Made by a program: the position numbers and the translations under genes
In this document: positions 19,210-28,433 of the stretch, piece after piece
Numbering within the stretch: position 1 is the first letter of the stretch
Layout of the letters: each line of letters starts with the position of its first letter
IMG/VR virus record: IMGVR_UViG_3300046028_006105
Coordinates: 1 to 41,457 of that record
Strand: one strand, 5' to 3'
Length of the DNA: 41,457 nt
DNA from: a virus
Taxonomy: Duplodnaviria; Caudoviricetes
The notes under the pieces: generated by a model
What the model saw: the letters and a program-made list of their open reading frames with translations, nothing else
Told to the model about the DNA's origin: nothing
The model's database searches: none

Positions 19210-20565
19210 ATGAACACACAAACAGCCACATATTGCCCAGAGGATAACAAGTTGCGCCTATACGTCGGACGCGTACCGCGTGAGGATTACCTTGCATTGC
19301 GTGCCGAGGGATGGACAAGCACCCCAAAACAGGATTGCGATTTTGTGGCGCACTGGACGCCAGAGCGTGAGCAGACGGCGCTTGACTACGCGGGCGGCAT
19401 TGATGACGAGGACGCAAGCCCAGCAGAACGCGCAGCGGATAGGGCCGAACGCTTTGCAGGTTACAGGGACAAGCGCAGCGACGAAGCACACGCACACGCC
19501 GACCGCTACGACACAGGCCCAACCGCTCACGGCTTCCAGAGCCACGCCAAAGCCGAAAAAGCGGCAACTAAGTTTGACCGAATTGCTAGCCGTGCGGTCA
19601 ACCAATGGGACAAAGCCGAATATTGGCAGCGCAGAACGGCGGGCGTTATTTCCCACGCTTTGCACGTAAGCGGGCCAAGTGTTCGCATGGGGCGAATTTT
19701 AGAGCTTGAGAGCGAAATCAGGAAGGCCGAGAAACGCCGCGCAGAGTGCTCCACGCAGTCACCGGAGGGACCATGGCTCACGCATTACCGCAACCGCCTA
19801 GCCTATGAAACCCAGATGCTAGAGGCGCAAGGCGGACGGGCGGGAGTCGTTGAAATGGTCGCAGGCGGTTTCATCCAGTTTCGCAACTTCCGCGCCTCTT
19901 GCCCTGTTTGGGTACGAGTGCAAAAGGTCAACAAGTCACCAGCAACGGGTCGAGTTACTTCCGTAATGGTAAAAGCAACGGGCGACCGCTGGGGGAATAC
20001 ATCGGACGGGTTCCACTTGGCGCAAGTTGACGTCGAGCGCATGGCCCCCGAATCGTACCGCGCCCCAAGTTCTGAAGAGTTGGCCGAGTTTGAAGCAGCT
20101 ACCAAAGCCGAGAAAGCAGCAGCCAAGGCCAAGAAGCCAACGCCGCCGCCCTTGGTTAATCCTACCGACGCAGAAGCCGACCGAATTCAAGCGATATGGA
20201 ATGAAAAAGCACGAGATGCGTTTTTTCTTCATAATCCGCACTACTCGAAAAACCCCGACTACTTCAAACCGTCCACCGTTCAACGGATAACACAGGCCGT
20301 TTACTCCGCCAGATCGTCAGGGAGTTTTGCCCGTGCAGAAACGGAGAACCTTTGCGGCGGTGCAGTTCAAGAGCCTAAAATGTGGAATTACAACGGAAGC
20401 AAGGGGCCAGTTATTGCCAAAATCCGCACAACTTACGGAGACGGCAACACGACAAACAAAGCTGATTCAGTGGTGATCCTAACCGACAAGCCTCAAAAGC
20501 CTTTGCCCGCTTCTCTTTGGGTAGCCTACACGCCCAAAGCAAAAGAGGAATTTGCCCCAGTATAA
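19210..20565 (+). CDS. DUF3560-like hypothetical protein
   Basis: 451 aa; ERAADRAERF and KAEYWQRR segments resemble DUF3560 proteins, which often accompany methyltransferases. Confidence 0.6.
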   Translation: MNTQTATYCPEDNKLRLYVGRVPREDYLALRAEGWTSTPKQDCDFVAHWTPEREQTALDYAGGIDDEDASPAERAADRAERFAGYRDKRSDEAHAHADRYDTGPTAHGFQSHAKAEKAATKFDRIASRAVNQWDKAEYWQRRTAGVISHALHVSGPSVRMGRILELESEIRKAEKRRAECSTQSPEGPWLTHYRNRLAYETQMLEAQGGRAGVVEMVAGGFIQFRNFRASCPVWVRVQKVNKSPATGRVTSVMVKATGDRWGNTSDGFHLAQVDVERMAPESYRAPSSEELAEFEAATKAEKAAAKAKKPTPPPLVNPTDAEADRIQAIWNEKARDAFFLHNPHYSKNPDYFKPSTVQRITQAVYSARSSGSFARAETENLCGGAVQEPKMWNYNGSKGPVIAKIRTTYGDGNTTNKADSVVILTDKPQKPLPASLWVAYTPKAKEEFAPV

Positions 20566-20576
20566 GCAACCGACAA

Positions 20577-20613
20577 CCCCGCGCCGTAAATAGTGCGGGA
20601 TTTTTTGGTGTAA
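20577..20613 (+). terminator. Terminator-like hairpin followed by GGTGTAA
   Basis: CCCGC/GCGGG stem plus T6. Confidence 0.6.
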
Positions 20614-20617
20614 TCTA

Positions 20618-21268
20618 ATGAACTTTTTCACACGCCAACAAACCGCACTTGATAGGCTCGAAAGCCTACAAATTGACACCTTTCTTGCAGGCGCGACGAT
20701 GGACGCAAGCCGCGCCCGTTTTAACACGCTAAGAGATCGACACGACAACGGAACGGCCCCGCGTGCGGTTTCTGCATTTCAGCTATTCCAAACGCCCGCA
20801 ACGCTGGCAGCTCGCTTGGTTATCCTGCTTAACTTGCAGCCAGGGGCAAGAGTGCTTGAACCATCCGCAGGATTGGGCCGCATATTGGACGCACTAGAGC
20901 CAACCAAGCCCGCCGAAGTGGTAGCCGTTGAAGTAGCGGCCAATTTATCCGCCGAGCTTTACAAGCAAAACAGGCAAAACGTTACGCTTAAACAACGCGA
21001 TTTTTTAACCTGTACGCCTAACGAGTTCGGGGTGTTTGACGCCGTGGCAATGAATCCACCCTTTCACATGAGGGCGGACATTCGCCACATCCAACACGCC
21101 CGCCAATTTTTGAAGGAAGGCGGAAAGCTCGCCGCTCTTTGCATGGCGGGAAGTGCTAGAGAAAAGGCTTTTCGTGCAATTGCCACCGAATGGCACCCAA
21201 TACCAGCAGGAGCTTTTAGCAGTGAAGGAACCAACGTCCCAACCGTTTTAATGCTTATTCAAAATTAA
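20618..21268 (+). CDS. SAM-dependent amino-methyltransferase (N6-adenine DNA MTase type)
   Basis: Motif I VLEPSAGLG and motif IV MNPPF. Confidence 0.85.
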   Translation: MNFFTRQQTALDRLESLQIDTFLAGATMDASRARFNTLRDRHDNGTAPRAVSAFQLFQTPATLAARLVILLNLQPGARVLEPSAGLGRILDALEPTKPAEVVAVEVAANLSAELYKQNRQNVTLKQRDFLTCTPNEFGVFDAVAMNPPFHMRADIRHIQHARQFLKEGGKLAALCMAGSAREKAFRAIATEWHPIPAGAFSSEGTNVPTVLMLIQN

Positions 21269-21310
21269 CTATCGACTTTACCACAAATAACCCAGACAAC
21301 ACCCGACGCC

Positions 21311-21547
21311 ATGAGCCAAACACTACCACCACGACACAGAGATGACACCCGCACTGATCAGGAAATCCTTAAAAATTACAACGCATGGCTTGAAGCTTGC
21401 GAAGGAGAACGGCCCGTAATGCCCGATGAATCTCCAGCCGACAGCCTAGCGCAGACTTTTCGCAGAGTTCACGGCCAGGACTCAGACCAATACTTTGAAT
21501 TGCCTTTGTCCCGCTCGCAACGCCAACGCCTAGGACTCGACGAATAA
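21311..21547 (+). CDS. Hypothetical protein
   Basis: 78-aa ORF in the operon. Confidence 0.6.
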   Translation: MSQTLPPRHRDDTRTDQEILKNYNAWLEACEGERPVMPDESPADSLAQTFRRVHGQDSDQYFELPLSRSQRQRLGLDE

Positions 21548-21558
21548 AAACCAAAAAT

Positions 21559-21792
21559 ATGACACCGGAAGAACTCAAAATACTTCAAAATACCAAGAAA
21601 AATGGAATGCAGCGAATGGGACGCCCTCGAATGTCGGCAGACGGCACCGAGCGCCAAACGTTCACCGCTTGCATCAGCAACATAAATTCAAATTGGGTTG
21701 CATCTCAAATTCAAAAAACAGGCGACACCGCCAAAGGTGCAAAAGGGCGGTGGCTGGATAAACTTTTTGATGGTATTCGTTCCAAGTTTTAA
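21559..21792 (+). CDS. Hypothetical protein, possibly DNA-binding
   Basis: 77 aa, basic, GRPR motif. Confidence 0.55.
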   Translation: MTPEELKILQNTKKNGMQRMGRPRMSADGTERQTFTACISNINSNWVASQIQKTGDTAKGAKGRWLDKLFDGIRSKF

Positions 21793-21796
21793 AACC

Positions 21797-21919
21797 ATGA
21801 AAACCAAGCAACCAACCATCTACGACGCACTTAAGGAAAAACTAGGCCGAGAGCCTACGCATACCGAGCTATGCAATGATGTTCTAAGGATTCTCCAATC
21901 AGCCAAAAAACAAAAATGA
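21797..21919 (+). CDS. Small hypothetical protein (40 aa)
   Basis: MKTKQPTIYDALKEKLGREPT; overlaps the ERF start. Confidence 0.55.
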   Translation: MKTKQPTIYDALKEKLGREPTHTELCNDVLRILQSAKKQK

Positions 21920-22518
21920 AAACTTCTGAACTAATCGACAAAATTGCGCCCGCTTTAATCGCAGCACAGGCCAAAATCACCTTTGCGACAAAAGACGCTA
22001 CAAACCCGCATTTCAAAAACCGCTACGCAGACCTCCCCGCCGTCATTGATGCCGTAAAACCTGCCTTAAACGGCGCAGGATTGGCCTTTTTGCAAACCGC
22101 TTCACCCAGCGATGACGGAAAACTGCACCTTACCACGCGCTTGATCCACATTAGCGGCCAATGGATCGAGGATTGCGCAGTCTGTCCGCTGCCAAAAGCG
22201 GATCCGCAAGGATTCGGTTCAGCGATGACATACCTTCGCCGCTACTCGTTGGCCTCGATTTGCGGATTATACCAAGACGACGACGACGGAGAAGCGGCAC
22301 GGCATGACAACGCCGCCGCAACTGTAGCCGCCGCGCCCAAAGTTGATGCACTAGCGACAGAAAAGCAGCGCGAAGACCTCAAACTTTTTCTTGGCGGATC
22401 ACCCGCCGAAATTGCAAAGGTAAAAGCCGGACTTGTCGCATTCAAGGTCACGCTTGACACCGTGACTCAAAAGCAGGCCGCAACCATCATCACCCGCACG
22501 AAAGAACTTTCCCAATGA
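21916..22518 (+). CDS. erf: ERF-family single-strand annealing protein
   Basis: NPHFKNRYADL and QGFGSAMTYLRRYSL...DDDG signature. Confidence 0.92.
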   Translation: MKTSELIDKIAPALIAAQAKITFATKDATNPHFKNRYADLPAVIDAVKPALNGAGLAFLQTASPSDDGKLHLTTRLIHISGQWIEDCAVCPLPKADPQGFGSAMTYLRRYSLASICGLYQDDDDGEAARHDNAAATVAAAPKVDALATEKQREDLKLFLGGSPAEIAKVKAGLVAFKVTLDTVTQKQAATIITRTKELSQ

Positions 22519-22823
22519 GCAACAAAATCAGAATCAAAATTGACGTAAAAAAGCTAAACAAAGATTGGTTTTTCAACTCCGAAAAAGGCGCAGTTTACGC
22601 CGACCTCACCATCATCCCTAATAAACAGGGGCCAGGTAAATTTGGGGATACGCATTTTATCGTGCAAGATCCTAGCAAAGCCGCACGAGATGCAGGCCAA
22701 AAAGGACCGATTATCGGCAACGGCAAAGAATTAGACTTTAGCAATATGCCGCCAGCGCAGAACGAGCCACGCCATAAGCCAACACCACCACCAGCCGACG
22801 ACGACACGGATATACCTTTTTAA
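22515..22823 (+). CDS. ssDNA-binding-like protein
   Basis: Acidic tail DDDTDIPF; PIIGNGK motif; next to ERF. Confidence 0.7.
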   Translation: MSNKIRIKIDVKKLNKDWFFNSEKGAVYADLTIIPNKQGPGKFGDTHFIVQDPSKAARDAGQKGPIIGNGKELDFSNMPPAQNEPRHKPTPPPADDDTDIPF

Positions 22824-22834
22824 TTGCTACGTTG

Positions 22835-22872
22835 CCCCGCTTCCCTCACCGGAGCGGGGTTTTTCGGTGTAA
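22835..22872 (+). terminator. Terminator-like hairpin followed by GGTGTAA
   Basis: CCCCGCT/AGCGGGG stem plus T5. Confidence 0.65.
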
Positions 22873-22886
22873 CCCACCAACACCAC

Positions 22887-23153
22887 ATGAACGACTACAA
22901 ACCAATGACCATCGAGCAGGTCGAAGACCTTGCCCGTCAGTTAATCCCCGTGCCCACGGGTGGCTTGATTGTCACCCAAACTATCCAGACCGGCGAACAC
23001 ACACGCCCACCGGTCATTCGATGGTCAATCTCACACTTTAAGCCCCATAACTGCAATCAATGCACAATGGGCCACGGCACCACACCGCTAGAAGCACTTT
23101 CCCGCCTAGTTCAATTACTCACACCATGCGACTCCTCAACTCCATCCGCCTAA
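22887..23153 (+). CDS. Hypothetical protein
   Basis: Start MNDYK after a CAC-rich leader. Confidence 0.55.
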   Translation: MNDYKPMTIEQVEDLARQLIPVPTGGLIVTQTIQTGEHTRPPVIRWSISHFKPHNCNQCTMGHGTTPLEALSRLVQLLTPCDSSTPSA

Positions 23154-23290
23154 GCTACCACGCCACGGCCTGCGCCTTCTGGCGTGGCCTTTACCACTTC
23201 GCCTTTGACCAAGCCGTAAACGCGGAACGCCGACACAGCCGCATTCTTTGCGCTGAAATCCGTATAAAGCCCTCCCAGCTTTCCAGTTAA
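23126..23290 (+). CDS. Small hypothetical protein
   Basis: Start MRLLNS after ACACC; 54 aa. Confidence 0.4.
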   Translation: MRLLNSIRLSYHATACAFWRGLYHFAFDQAVNAERRHSRILCAEIRIKPSQLSS

Positions 23291-23303
23291 ACCACCCCAC
23301 CAT

Positions 23304-23939
23304 ATGCAAACCATCATCGATATTGAGACTTCCGACCTACCCATCGAGCAAATCGACCACCTTGCGCCCACGTTCACCGCCCCCGCAAACTACAAAGACG
23401 CCGACAAAATCGCCGCCAACATTGCAGAACAGCGCATGGAGTGGTTTAAGCGTGCCGCACTTAGCCCCATGACAGGTAAAATCGTTGCTATCGGTTACAA
23501 AGTGCCAAAACAAAGCCCCGTTTTACACGTTGCGGACGAAACCGAGCTTTTAACTGAATTCTGGCGTAACTTACAAGAACCCAATGCAGACGTTAATCAG
23601 TTTATAGGCCACAACATTCTAGGCTTTGACATCCCGTTCATCATTCGCCGGAGCTGGGCAAATAAAATCCGCGTTCCCGCCACCGTGCAAAATGGTCGCT
23701 ACCTAAACGAACGACGCTTTATTGACACCATGACCGCTTTTCAGTGTGGAAACCGCACAGAGAAGTTTCACTCACTCGACACGGTAGCAAAGTTCATGGG
23801 GTTTGCAGGTAAAACCGAGGCAATCGGCGCACAGTTTGCCGAGATCCTAGCGACCGACCCCAAACGCGCCCTTGCCTACCTTGCGGCAGACTTGCAGGCC
23901 GTCGAAGATATTGCTAAACGCATGGGTCTTTTGACCTAA
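23304..23939 (+). CDS. DnaQ/PolB-type 3'-5' exonuclease
   Basis: Exo I DIET, Exo II GHNILGFD and Exo III YLAAD. Confidence 0.85.
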   Translation: MQTIIDIETSDLPIEQIDHLAPTFTAPANYKDADKIAANIAEQRMEWFKRAALSPMTGKIVAIGYKVPKQSPVLHVADETELLTEFWRNLQEPNADVNQFIGHNILGFDIPFIIRRSWANKIRVPATVQNGRYLNERRFIDTMTAFQCGNRTEKFHSLDTVAKFMGFAGKTEAIGAQFAEILATDPKRALAYLAADLQAVEDIAKRMGLLT

Positions 23940-23991
23940 GCACACCACACCCGACGCCGTGACGGGTTCAACTCACGGCACACCACACCAC

Positions 23992-24423
23992 ATGGATTTA
24001 TTCAGCATTCCCACCACAGGCGCAGGCGCTTACCTAGCCGACAAGCTACTAGCGCAGCAAAAAGATGGTCGCAGCTTCACCCGTGACAACCTAGCGCAGT
24101 TTATCGAGGACTCACTAGCACAGTTTAACGGAACACCCTACCAGACCACCCCAAAGCCTGCCGCAAATGGCCCTAGCAAGCCAAAGTCAGACCCTAAGAG
24201 CATTCCGCCTGCCCCGGAAGACGTAACCGCTTATTTCGAGTTTATCGGCTACCCCATAAAAGGCGAAGAATTTTGCGACAGCTACGAAACAAAAGGATGG
24301 AAAGTTGGCCGAGTTCCAATGAAGAACTGGCAAGCCGCTTGTCGTAACTGGAAAAACAACGGATGGGGAAAGCTTACCCGCCGCCCTAGCGCAGCACCCA
24401 TAACCAATTACACCACGTTCTAA
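23992..24423 (+). CDS. Replication-initiator-like protein
   Basis: C-terminal FCDSYETKGWKVG..PMKNWQAACRNW typical of phage replication proteins; precedes the helicase loader. Confidence 0.6.
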   Translation: MDLFSIPTTGAGAYLADKLLAQQKDGRSFTRDNLAQFIEDSLAQFNGTPYQTTPKPAANGPSKPKSDPKSIPPAPEDVTAYFEFIGYPIKGEEFCDSYETKGWKVGRVPMKNWQAACRNWKNNGWGKLTRRPSAAPITNYTTF

Positions 24424-25293
24424 ATGGCGCACCACCACGAAACCCCAGCATGGAAACAGCTAGGCAGTTGCAGCGCAGGCCCAGAAGTAGGCAACCTCAC
24501 CATTTGCGAGCTGGCTTACCTTAATGAGCACCCAGAACACCCAATGCGTGAAATGGTTGACCACGACTGCCACGGACGACCATCAGACAAGCCTGGCGAA
24601 CGCATCCCATGCCCTGATAAAGCCCGTTTTAAGTGCATGACGTACTTTTCGGAGCTTACCGTTTGCGATAAATGCCGCGCAGATTGGGAGCTAGAGCAGA
24701 AAATGAAAGCCGCCAAGGACTACTGGGAACACATTTGCCCCGAAGACTACCGCGATACCCGCACAGATCACCCCATGTTTCCCAAAGGTATCTTCTCCAC
24801 GCTTGCCCAATGGGACGGCAAAGAAAGCCTATTTTTCTATGGGCCTAGCGGTTCATGCAAGACCCGCGTTGCAATGCTTCTCCTAAAACGCCGTCTAATT
24901 AAAGGCGACCACGTTGGCATCCTTTGGCCGGAAGAAATGAAAGATGCCGCTAAATCACATGACCGCTTAAACAAGTTGCGCCAAATCACCCGCTACAAGG
25001 TTTTGCTCATGGATGACAGCTTGCTTACCGGAGCGCAGGATGAGAAAATTGCCGATTTCTTGAAAGATGTCGTAGAAATGGCGATCCGCAACAAGCGCAC
25101 ACTCATTTTTACCTCTCAAATCGGAGGCGATGACTACCTAAGCCAGGGCAACAAATACAGCAATCAGACCAAAACCGACGCTGAACGCATTCGCGCACTC
25201 CTTCGCCGCATCCGTGAAAGATGCCGAGTTGTGCCATTTGTCGAAGTTCCTAGCCAATCACAAAACAACAGAGCAGGACCAGACCAGTTTTAA
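24424..25293 (+). CDS. DnaC/IstB-like AAA+ ATPase (helicase loader)
   Basis: Walker A GPSGSCKT, Walker B LLMDD, LIFTS; Cys-rich N-terminus. Confidence 0.8.
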   Translation: MAHHHETPAWKQLGSCSAGPEVGNLTICELAYLNEHPEHPMREMVDHDCHGRPSDKPGERIPCPDKARFKCMTYFSELTVCDKCRADWELEQKMKAAKDYWEHICPEDYRDTRTDHPMFPKGIFSTLAQWDGKESLFFYGPSGSCKTRVAMLLLKRRLIKGDHVGILWPEEMKDAAKSHDRLNKLRQITRYKVLLMDDSLLTGAQDEKIADFLKDVVEMAIRNKRTLIFTSQIGGDDYLSQGNKYSNQTKTDAERIRALLRRIRERCRVVPFVEVPSQSQNNRAGPDQF

Positions 25294-25295
25294 CC

Positions 25296-25583
25296 ATGCC
25301 ATTAACACCGGAAGAAACAAAAGAACGTAACCGATTATCCGCAGCAGCTTACCGAGCAAGAAACAAAGAAGCAATTGGGGCTAAACGCCGAGAGCATTAC
25401 AAACTTACATACCAGCCCAAACCTCGCGTTAAATCCTTTGCGAGGCGACCACGTCCGGCACAAGTTTTACCAGAATTAGAAAAGCCGGCAGATACCGAAA
25501 AAGCCAAATCCCTTCGTGAACGCTTTCACCGTTTCCAGCATGAAAATAAAATTAACCACAAACCGCTTTTGTTTCGAAGTTAA
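25296..25583 (+). CDS. Basic hypothetical protein
   Basis: 95 aa, Arg/Lys-rich. Confidence 0.55.
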   Translation: MPLTPEETKERNRLSAAAYRARNKEAIGAKRREHYKLTYQPKPRVKSFARRPRPAQVLPELEKPADTEKAKSLRERFHRFQHENKINHKPLLFRS

Positions 25584-25776
25584 AAGCTCAACTGGCCTTA
25601 TCAACTACCAAGTTGATATCAAGGCTAACGAAGGGGCCGGAAAATGCCAATGCCAAGATTTTAACCGCCGTAAATTAGCAGCGGTTAATCGAAAAGAACC
25701 AAAAGGAACAACCGCAACCGCTTGCAAACATATCCTAGCAGCCCGTCAGTTTTACCTAAATCAACAATTAAGTTAA
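25540..25776 (+). CDS. SWIM zinc-finger-like protein
   Basis: CxCxDF...CKH motif; start MKIKL. Confidence 0.7.
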   Translation: MKIKLTTNRFCFEVKSSTGLINYQVDIKANEGAGKCQCQDFNRRKLAAVNRKEPKGTTATACKHILAARQFYLNQQLS

Positions 25777-25783
25777 AACTAAA

Positions 25784-26032
25784 ATGTGGTCTTTACCGAT
25801 AAAAGAACAACCCTTACCAGCCGACCCATACCACAACCAACCAAAGCGTTGGATCGGAGCAACAGCACGCTTTGACCTAAACGGAAAGCGACTCGTTGGT
25901 GTTGTAATGAGTCACGTTTTTACAGGAAGAACCGCCAAAGGTAACATTCCTGATTACGAAGTAACAATTCGCGGCCAATCAGGCGCAGTTTTAACAGTTT
26001 CAATGCACAAAACTTACATGGACATAGGATGA
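25784..26032 (+). CDS. Hypothetical protein
   Basis: 82-aa ORF in the operon. Confidence 0.6.
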   Translation: MWSLPIKEQPLPADPYHNQPKRWIGATARFDLNGKRLVGVVMSHVFTGRTAKGNIPDYEVTIRGQSGAVLTVSMHKTYMDIG

Positions 26033-26487
26033 AAACTTTAACCGAAAATATAGAAATTTACCGTCAGCAGTCAGCCGCCCTACTGGTTACAATAAATGCC
26101 ATTACTCGCATTCTCGACGTTAAAACAACCAACGTCTCACACTCCAAACGCATCAGCATTATCCAGCGCACCATTTGCGAGCATTTTGATTTGCCTGTTG
26201 AAGCCATGCACTCACGGGCGAGAACAAACCGCTACGTCACCGCCCGGCACATAGCCATATATCTTAGCCGAGAACTTACCAAGCACAGTCTAGCGGAAAT
26301 TGCAAAAGCCTTTCGCCCTGATATGGACCACGGAACAGCCTGCTTTGCCGTTAAATGCATACAGAACCGTCTCGACGTAGATAAGCCCTTTAACTCCACC
26401 ATCGCACTCCTCCGCAACACTTGCGCGGAACGTATTACCACGTCAACCGCTGATCTCTTAGACTACGCCAAAACCAAAAAAACGTGA
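26029..26487 (+). CDS. DnaA C-terminal (domain IV) HTH-like protein
   Basis: ARHIAIYLSRELTKHSLAEIAKAF...DHGT signature. Confidence 0.85.
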   Translation: MKTLTENIEIYRQQSAALLVTINAITRILDVKTTNVSHSKRISIIQRTICEHFDLPVEAMHSRARTNRYVTARHIAIYLSRELTKHSLAEIAKAFRPDMDHGTACFAVKCIQNRLDVDKPFNSTIALLRNTCAERITTSTADLLDYAKTKKT

Positions 26488-26981
26488 ATCACAAAAACAC
26501 CACCGCAAAAACACTTGCCCTTGACCTAGCAACCACCACGGGATGGGCAATGATAGCCAATAGCCTAATCACTTCCGGCTCTAAGTCATTTGCCCGTAAA
26601 CCAGCAACAAAGACACGCCCAGCCTCAACCCCAGGTGAACCGTTCCACCTTTTTGACGTTTGGCTAAACGAGCTAATCCGTACCTCCAAGCCTGACACCA
26701 TCGTTTACGAAGAGGTTTACCGCTGGATGAGTTCAAGCGCAGCGCATACGTTTTGCGGACTTCGCGCTATCGTCCTAAAAACCTGCCACTATAAAAACAT
26801 TACCAATAAAGGATACAGCCCCACCGAGATAAAGAAATTCTTCACGGGTAAAGGTAACGCCAAGAAAGAACACATGATTGCCGAAGCTAAAAAGCGTTGG
26901 CCTGATTTGAACCTAACTTCTGATGATGAGGTTGACGCCATAGCCCTTCTCCATCTTCACCTAAAAACTACCACACCATGA
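26484..26981 (+). CDS. RuvC-like Holliday junction resolvase
   Basis: LALDLATTTGWA, IVYEE, KKFFTGKGNAKK and DEVDA motifs. Confidence 0.85.
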   Translation: MNHKNTTAKTLALDLATTTGWAMIANSLITSGSKSFARKPATKTRPASTPGEPFHLFDVWLNELIRTSKPDTIVYEEVYRWMSSSAAHTFCGLRAIVLKTCHYKNITNKGYSPTEIKKFFTGKGNAKKEHMIAEAKKRWPDLNLTSDDEVDAIALLHLHLKTTTP

Positions 26982-27397
26982 ACGTAAAATTACTTCTCAC
27001 CTCTGCAACCTCAGTAATGCCCAAAACCGCACGCAAAGGTGACGCTGGAATGGACTGCTACGCCAACGAATTTGTAGTAATTGAACACGGTCACACCAAG
27101 AAAGTGCCACTAGGCTTTTCCGTAGAACTACCAGAAGGCTTTGAAATGCAAGTTCGTGGCCGTTCTAGCATGAGCTTAAAAGGCATTCTCTGCCACACCG
27201 GAACCATTGATTCCGGCTATCGTGGCGAAGTAAGCGCCATTATCACTAACTTAGGCCCAGACACTGCTATAATCTCACGGGGCGACCGTATAGCACAGGT
27301 TATTATCACCCACTACGTTGGAACCGTCTTTATGCCCGTTGCATTCCTTAACGAATCAGAGCGTGGAACAGCTAGTTTTGGTTCAACCGGAGTTTAA
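26978..27397 (+). CDS. dut: Trimeric dUTPase
   Basis: AGMD, RSS, GTIDSGYRGE, RIAQ and RG..SFGSTG motifs. Confidence 0.95.
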   Translation: MNVKLLLTSATSVMPKTARKGDAGMDCYANEFVVIEHGHTKKVPLGFSVELPEGFEMQVRGRSSMSLKGILCHTGTIDSGYRGEVSAIITNLGPDTAIISRGDRIAQVIITHYVGTVFMPVAFLNESERGTASFGSTGV

Positions 27398-27400
27398 CTT

Positions 27401-27640
27401 ATGAAACTTGCTCGACGATCCAAATCCAGCCGGCACCGAAAATGCGGCCCTAAAACACTGGCAGCCTTTGCCGACAAGAAAGACCCGGCATTGGCTTTTT
27501 TACGTGATGGTTTTTCCGCCGGCTGGGTCGCCCGAAAACTGGAGTTAACCGAACAACTGGTCACGCACTGGCGCGACGAAGCCGGAATCTCGCCATGCAA
27601 GCCGGGAAAATGTAGGCCAATGCCTGCGGCGACTGGTTAG
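27401..27640 (+). CDS. Small HTH-like protein whose 3' end overlaps a degenerate attC
   Basis: GFSAGWVARKLELTEQLVTHWR is HTH-like; the TAG stop lies inside GTTAGAC. Confidence 0.6.
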   Translation: MKLARRSKSSRHRKCGPKTLAAFADKKDPALAFLRDGFSAGWVARKLELTEQLVTHWRDEAGISPCKPGKCRPMPAATG

Positions 27641-27642
27641 AC
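27548..27642 (-). repeat. attC0 (degenerate)
   Basis: Ends in GCGACTG-GTTAGAC like the other sites; residual stem GCACTGGC/GCCAATGC; ACCGAAC at the left; 95 bp. Confidence 0.45.
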
Positions 27643-27670
27643 ATCCGTGTCTTTGGTTTCCGATTTAATT

Positions 27671-27886
27671 ATGATAACCCGAAAACTCACCGATGCCGAA
27701 AAGGCGTTTCTGTCAGACCTAAATGAACTTATGCGACGCCACGGCGTCTCGCTTTCGGGCTCCGATCAATATGACGGGGCCGATAACTTCGCGGGCACAG
27801 AATACACATTTGAGAAATGGGAACCCCACGCCGAACGGGCCACCGTGTATCTCGAACTCCGCGCCGTGGAAGACATGCTTCCGTGA
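27671..27886 (+). CDS. Cassette 1 hypothetical protein
   Basis: Likely ATG at 27671 (MITRKLTD), 71 aa. Confidence 0.7.
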   Translation: MITRKLTDAEKAFLSDLNELMRRHGVSLSGSDQYDGADNFAGTEYTFEKWEPHAERATVYLELRAVEDMLP

Positions 27887-27896
27887 TTGCTGCCTT

Positions 27897-27992
27897 GGCT
27901 AACGCTCAAGCTCAGCGATGACCACAACACTGAAGACTCCCGAAGCATCAGAGGAAACAGTGTGGTCATTCGCCTGTAGCGCTTGGTTAGGC
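27897..27992 (-). repeat. attC1
   Basis: GGCTAAC..AAGCTCAGCGATGACCACA / TGTGGTCATTCGCCTGTAGC..GTTAGGC, 96 bp. Confidence 0.9.
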
Positions 27993-28030
27993 TCTGATGC
28001 CTTTTAATTTCTGAATAACTAATAAAAAAT

Positions 28031-28270
28031 ATGGGAGCACACTATTTCAACCTGAATAACAAATGCGCGGGAGTGATGCACCTCGCGGACATCTACACAT
28101 TCGAGGGATATACTTTCGAGTGGCATCACTACTGCGGGCCGTTCCGATGCCGAAAGAACGGAGAACCAACCCTAAGGCAACCGATGGAGCGATCAAAATT
28201 CTGGAAGATGCTTGAGCGGTGGGAAAAACTGACGAAGGCCGAAAAAGAAAAAACACGAATCTACGGGTAA
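28031..28270 (+). CDS. Cassette 2 hypothetical protein
   Basis: 79 aa, FEWHHYCGP motif. Confidence 0.75.
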   Translation: MGAHYFNLNNKCAGVMHLADIYTFEGYTFEWHHYCGPFRCRKNGEPTLRQPMERSKFWKMLERWEKLTKAEKEKTRIYG

Positions 28271-28279
28271 TCCCGCCTT

Positions 28280-28368
28280 GCCCAACGTCCAAGCTCAGCG
28301 ATGACCACTGCAACTAGCCGAAAAATTAGCGGCGTCTGCGGGCTATTCGCTGTAGCGACTGGTTAGGC
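28280..28368 (-). repeat. attC2
   Basis: GCCCAAC..AAGCTCAGCGA / TTCGCTGTAGCGACTG GTTAGGC, 89 bp. Confidence 0.9.
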
Positions 28369-28433
28369 TCGATAAGATTGGGCAACCTTTAATATAAACT
28401 GAAAACTCCCGCATACGACGGGCTGATAATAAT

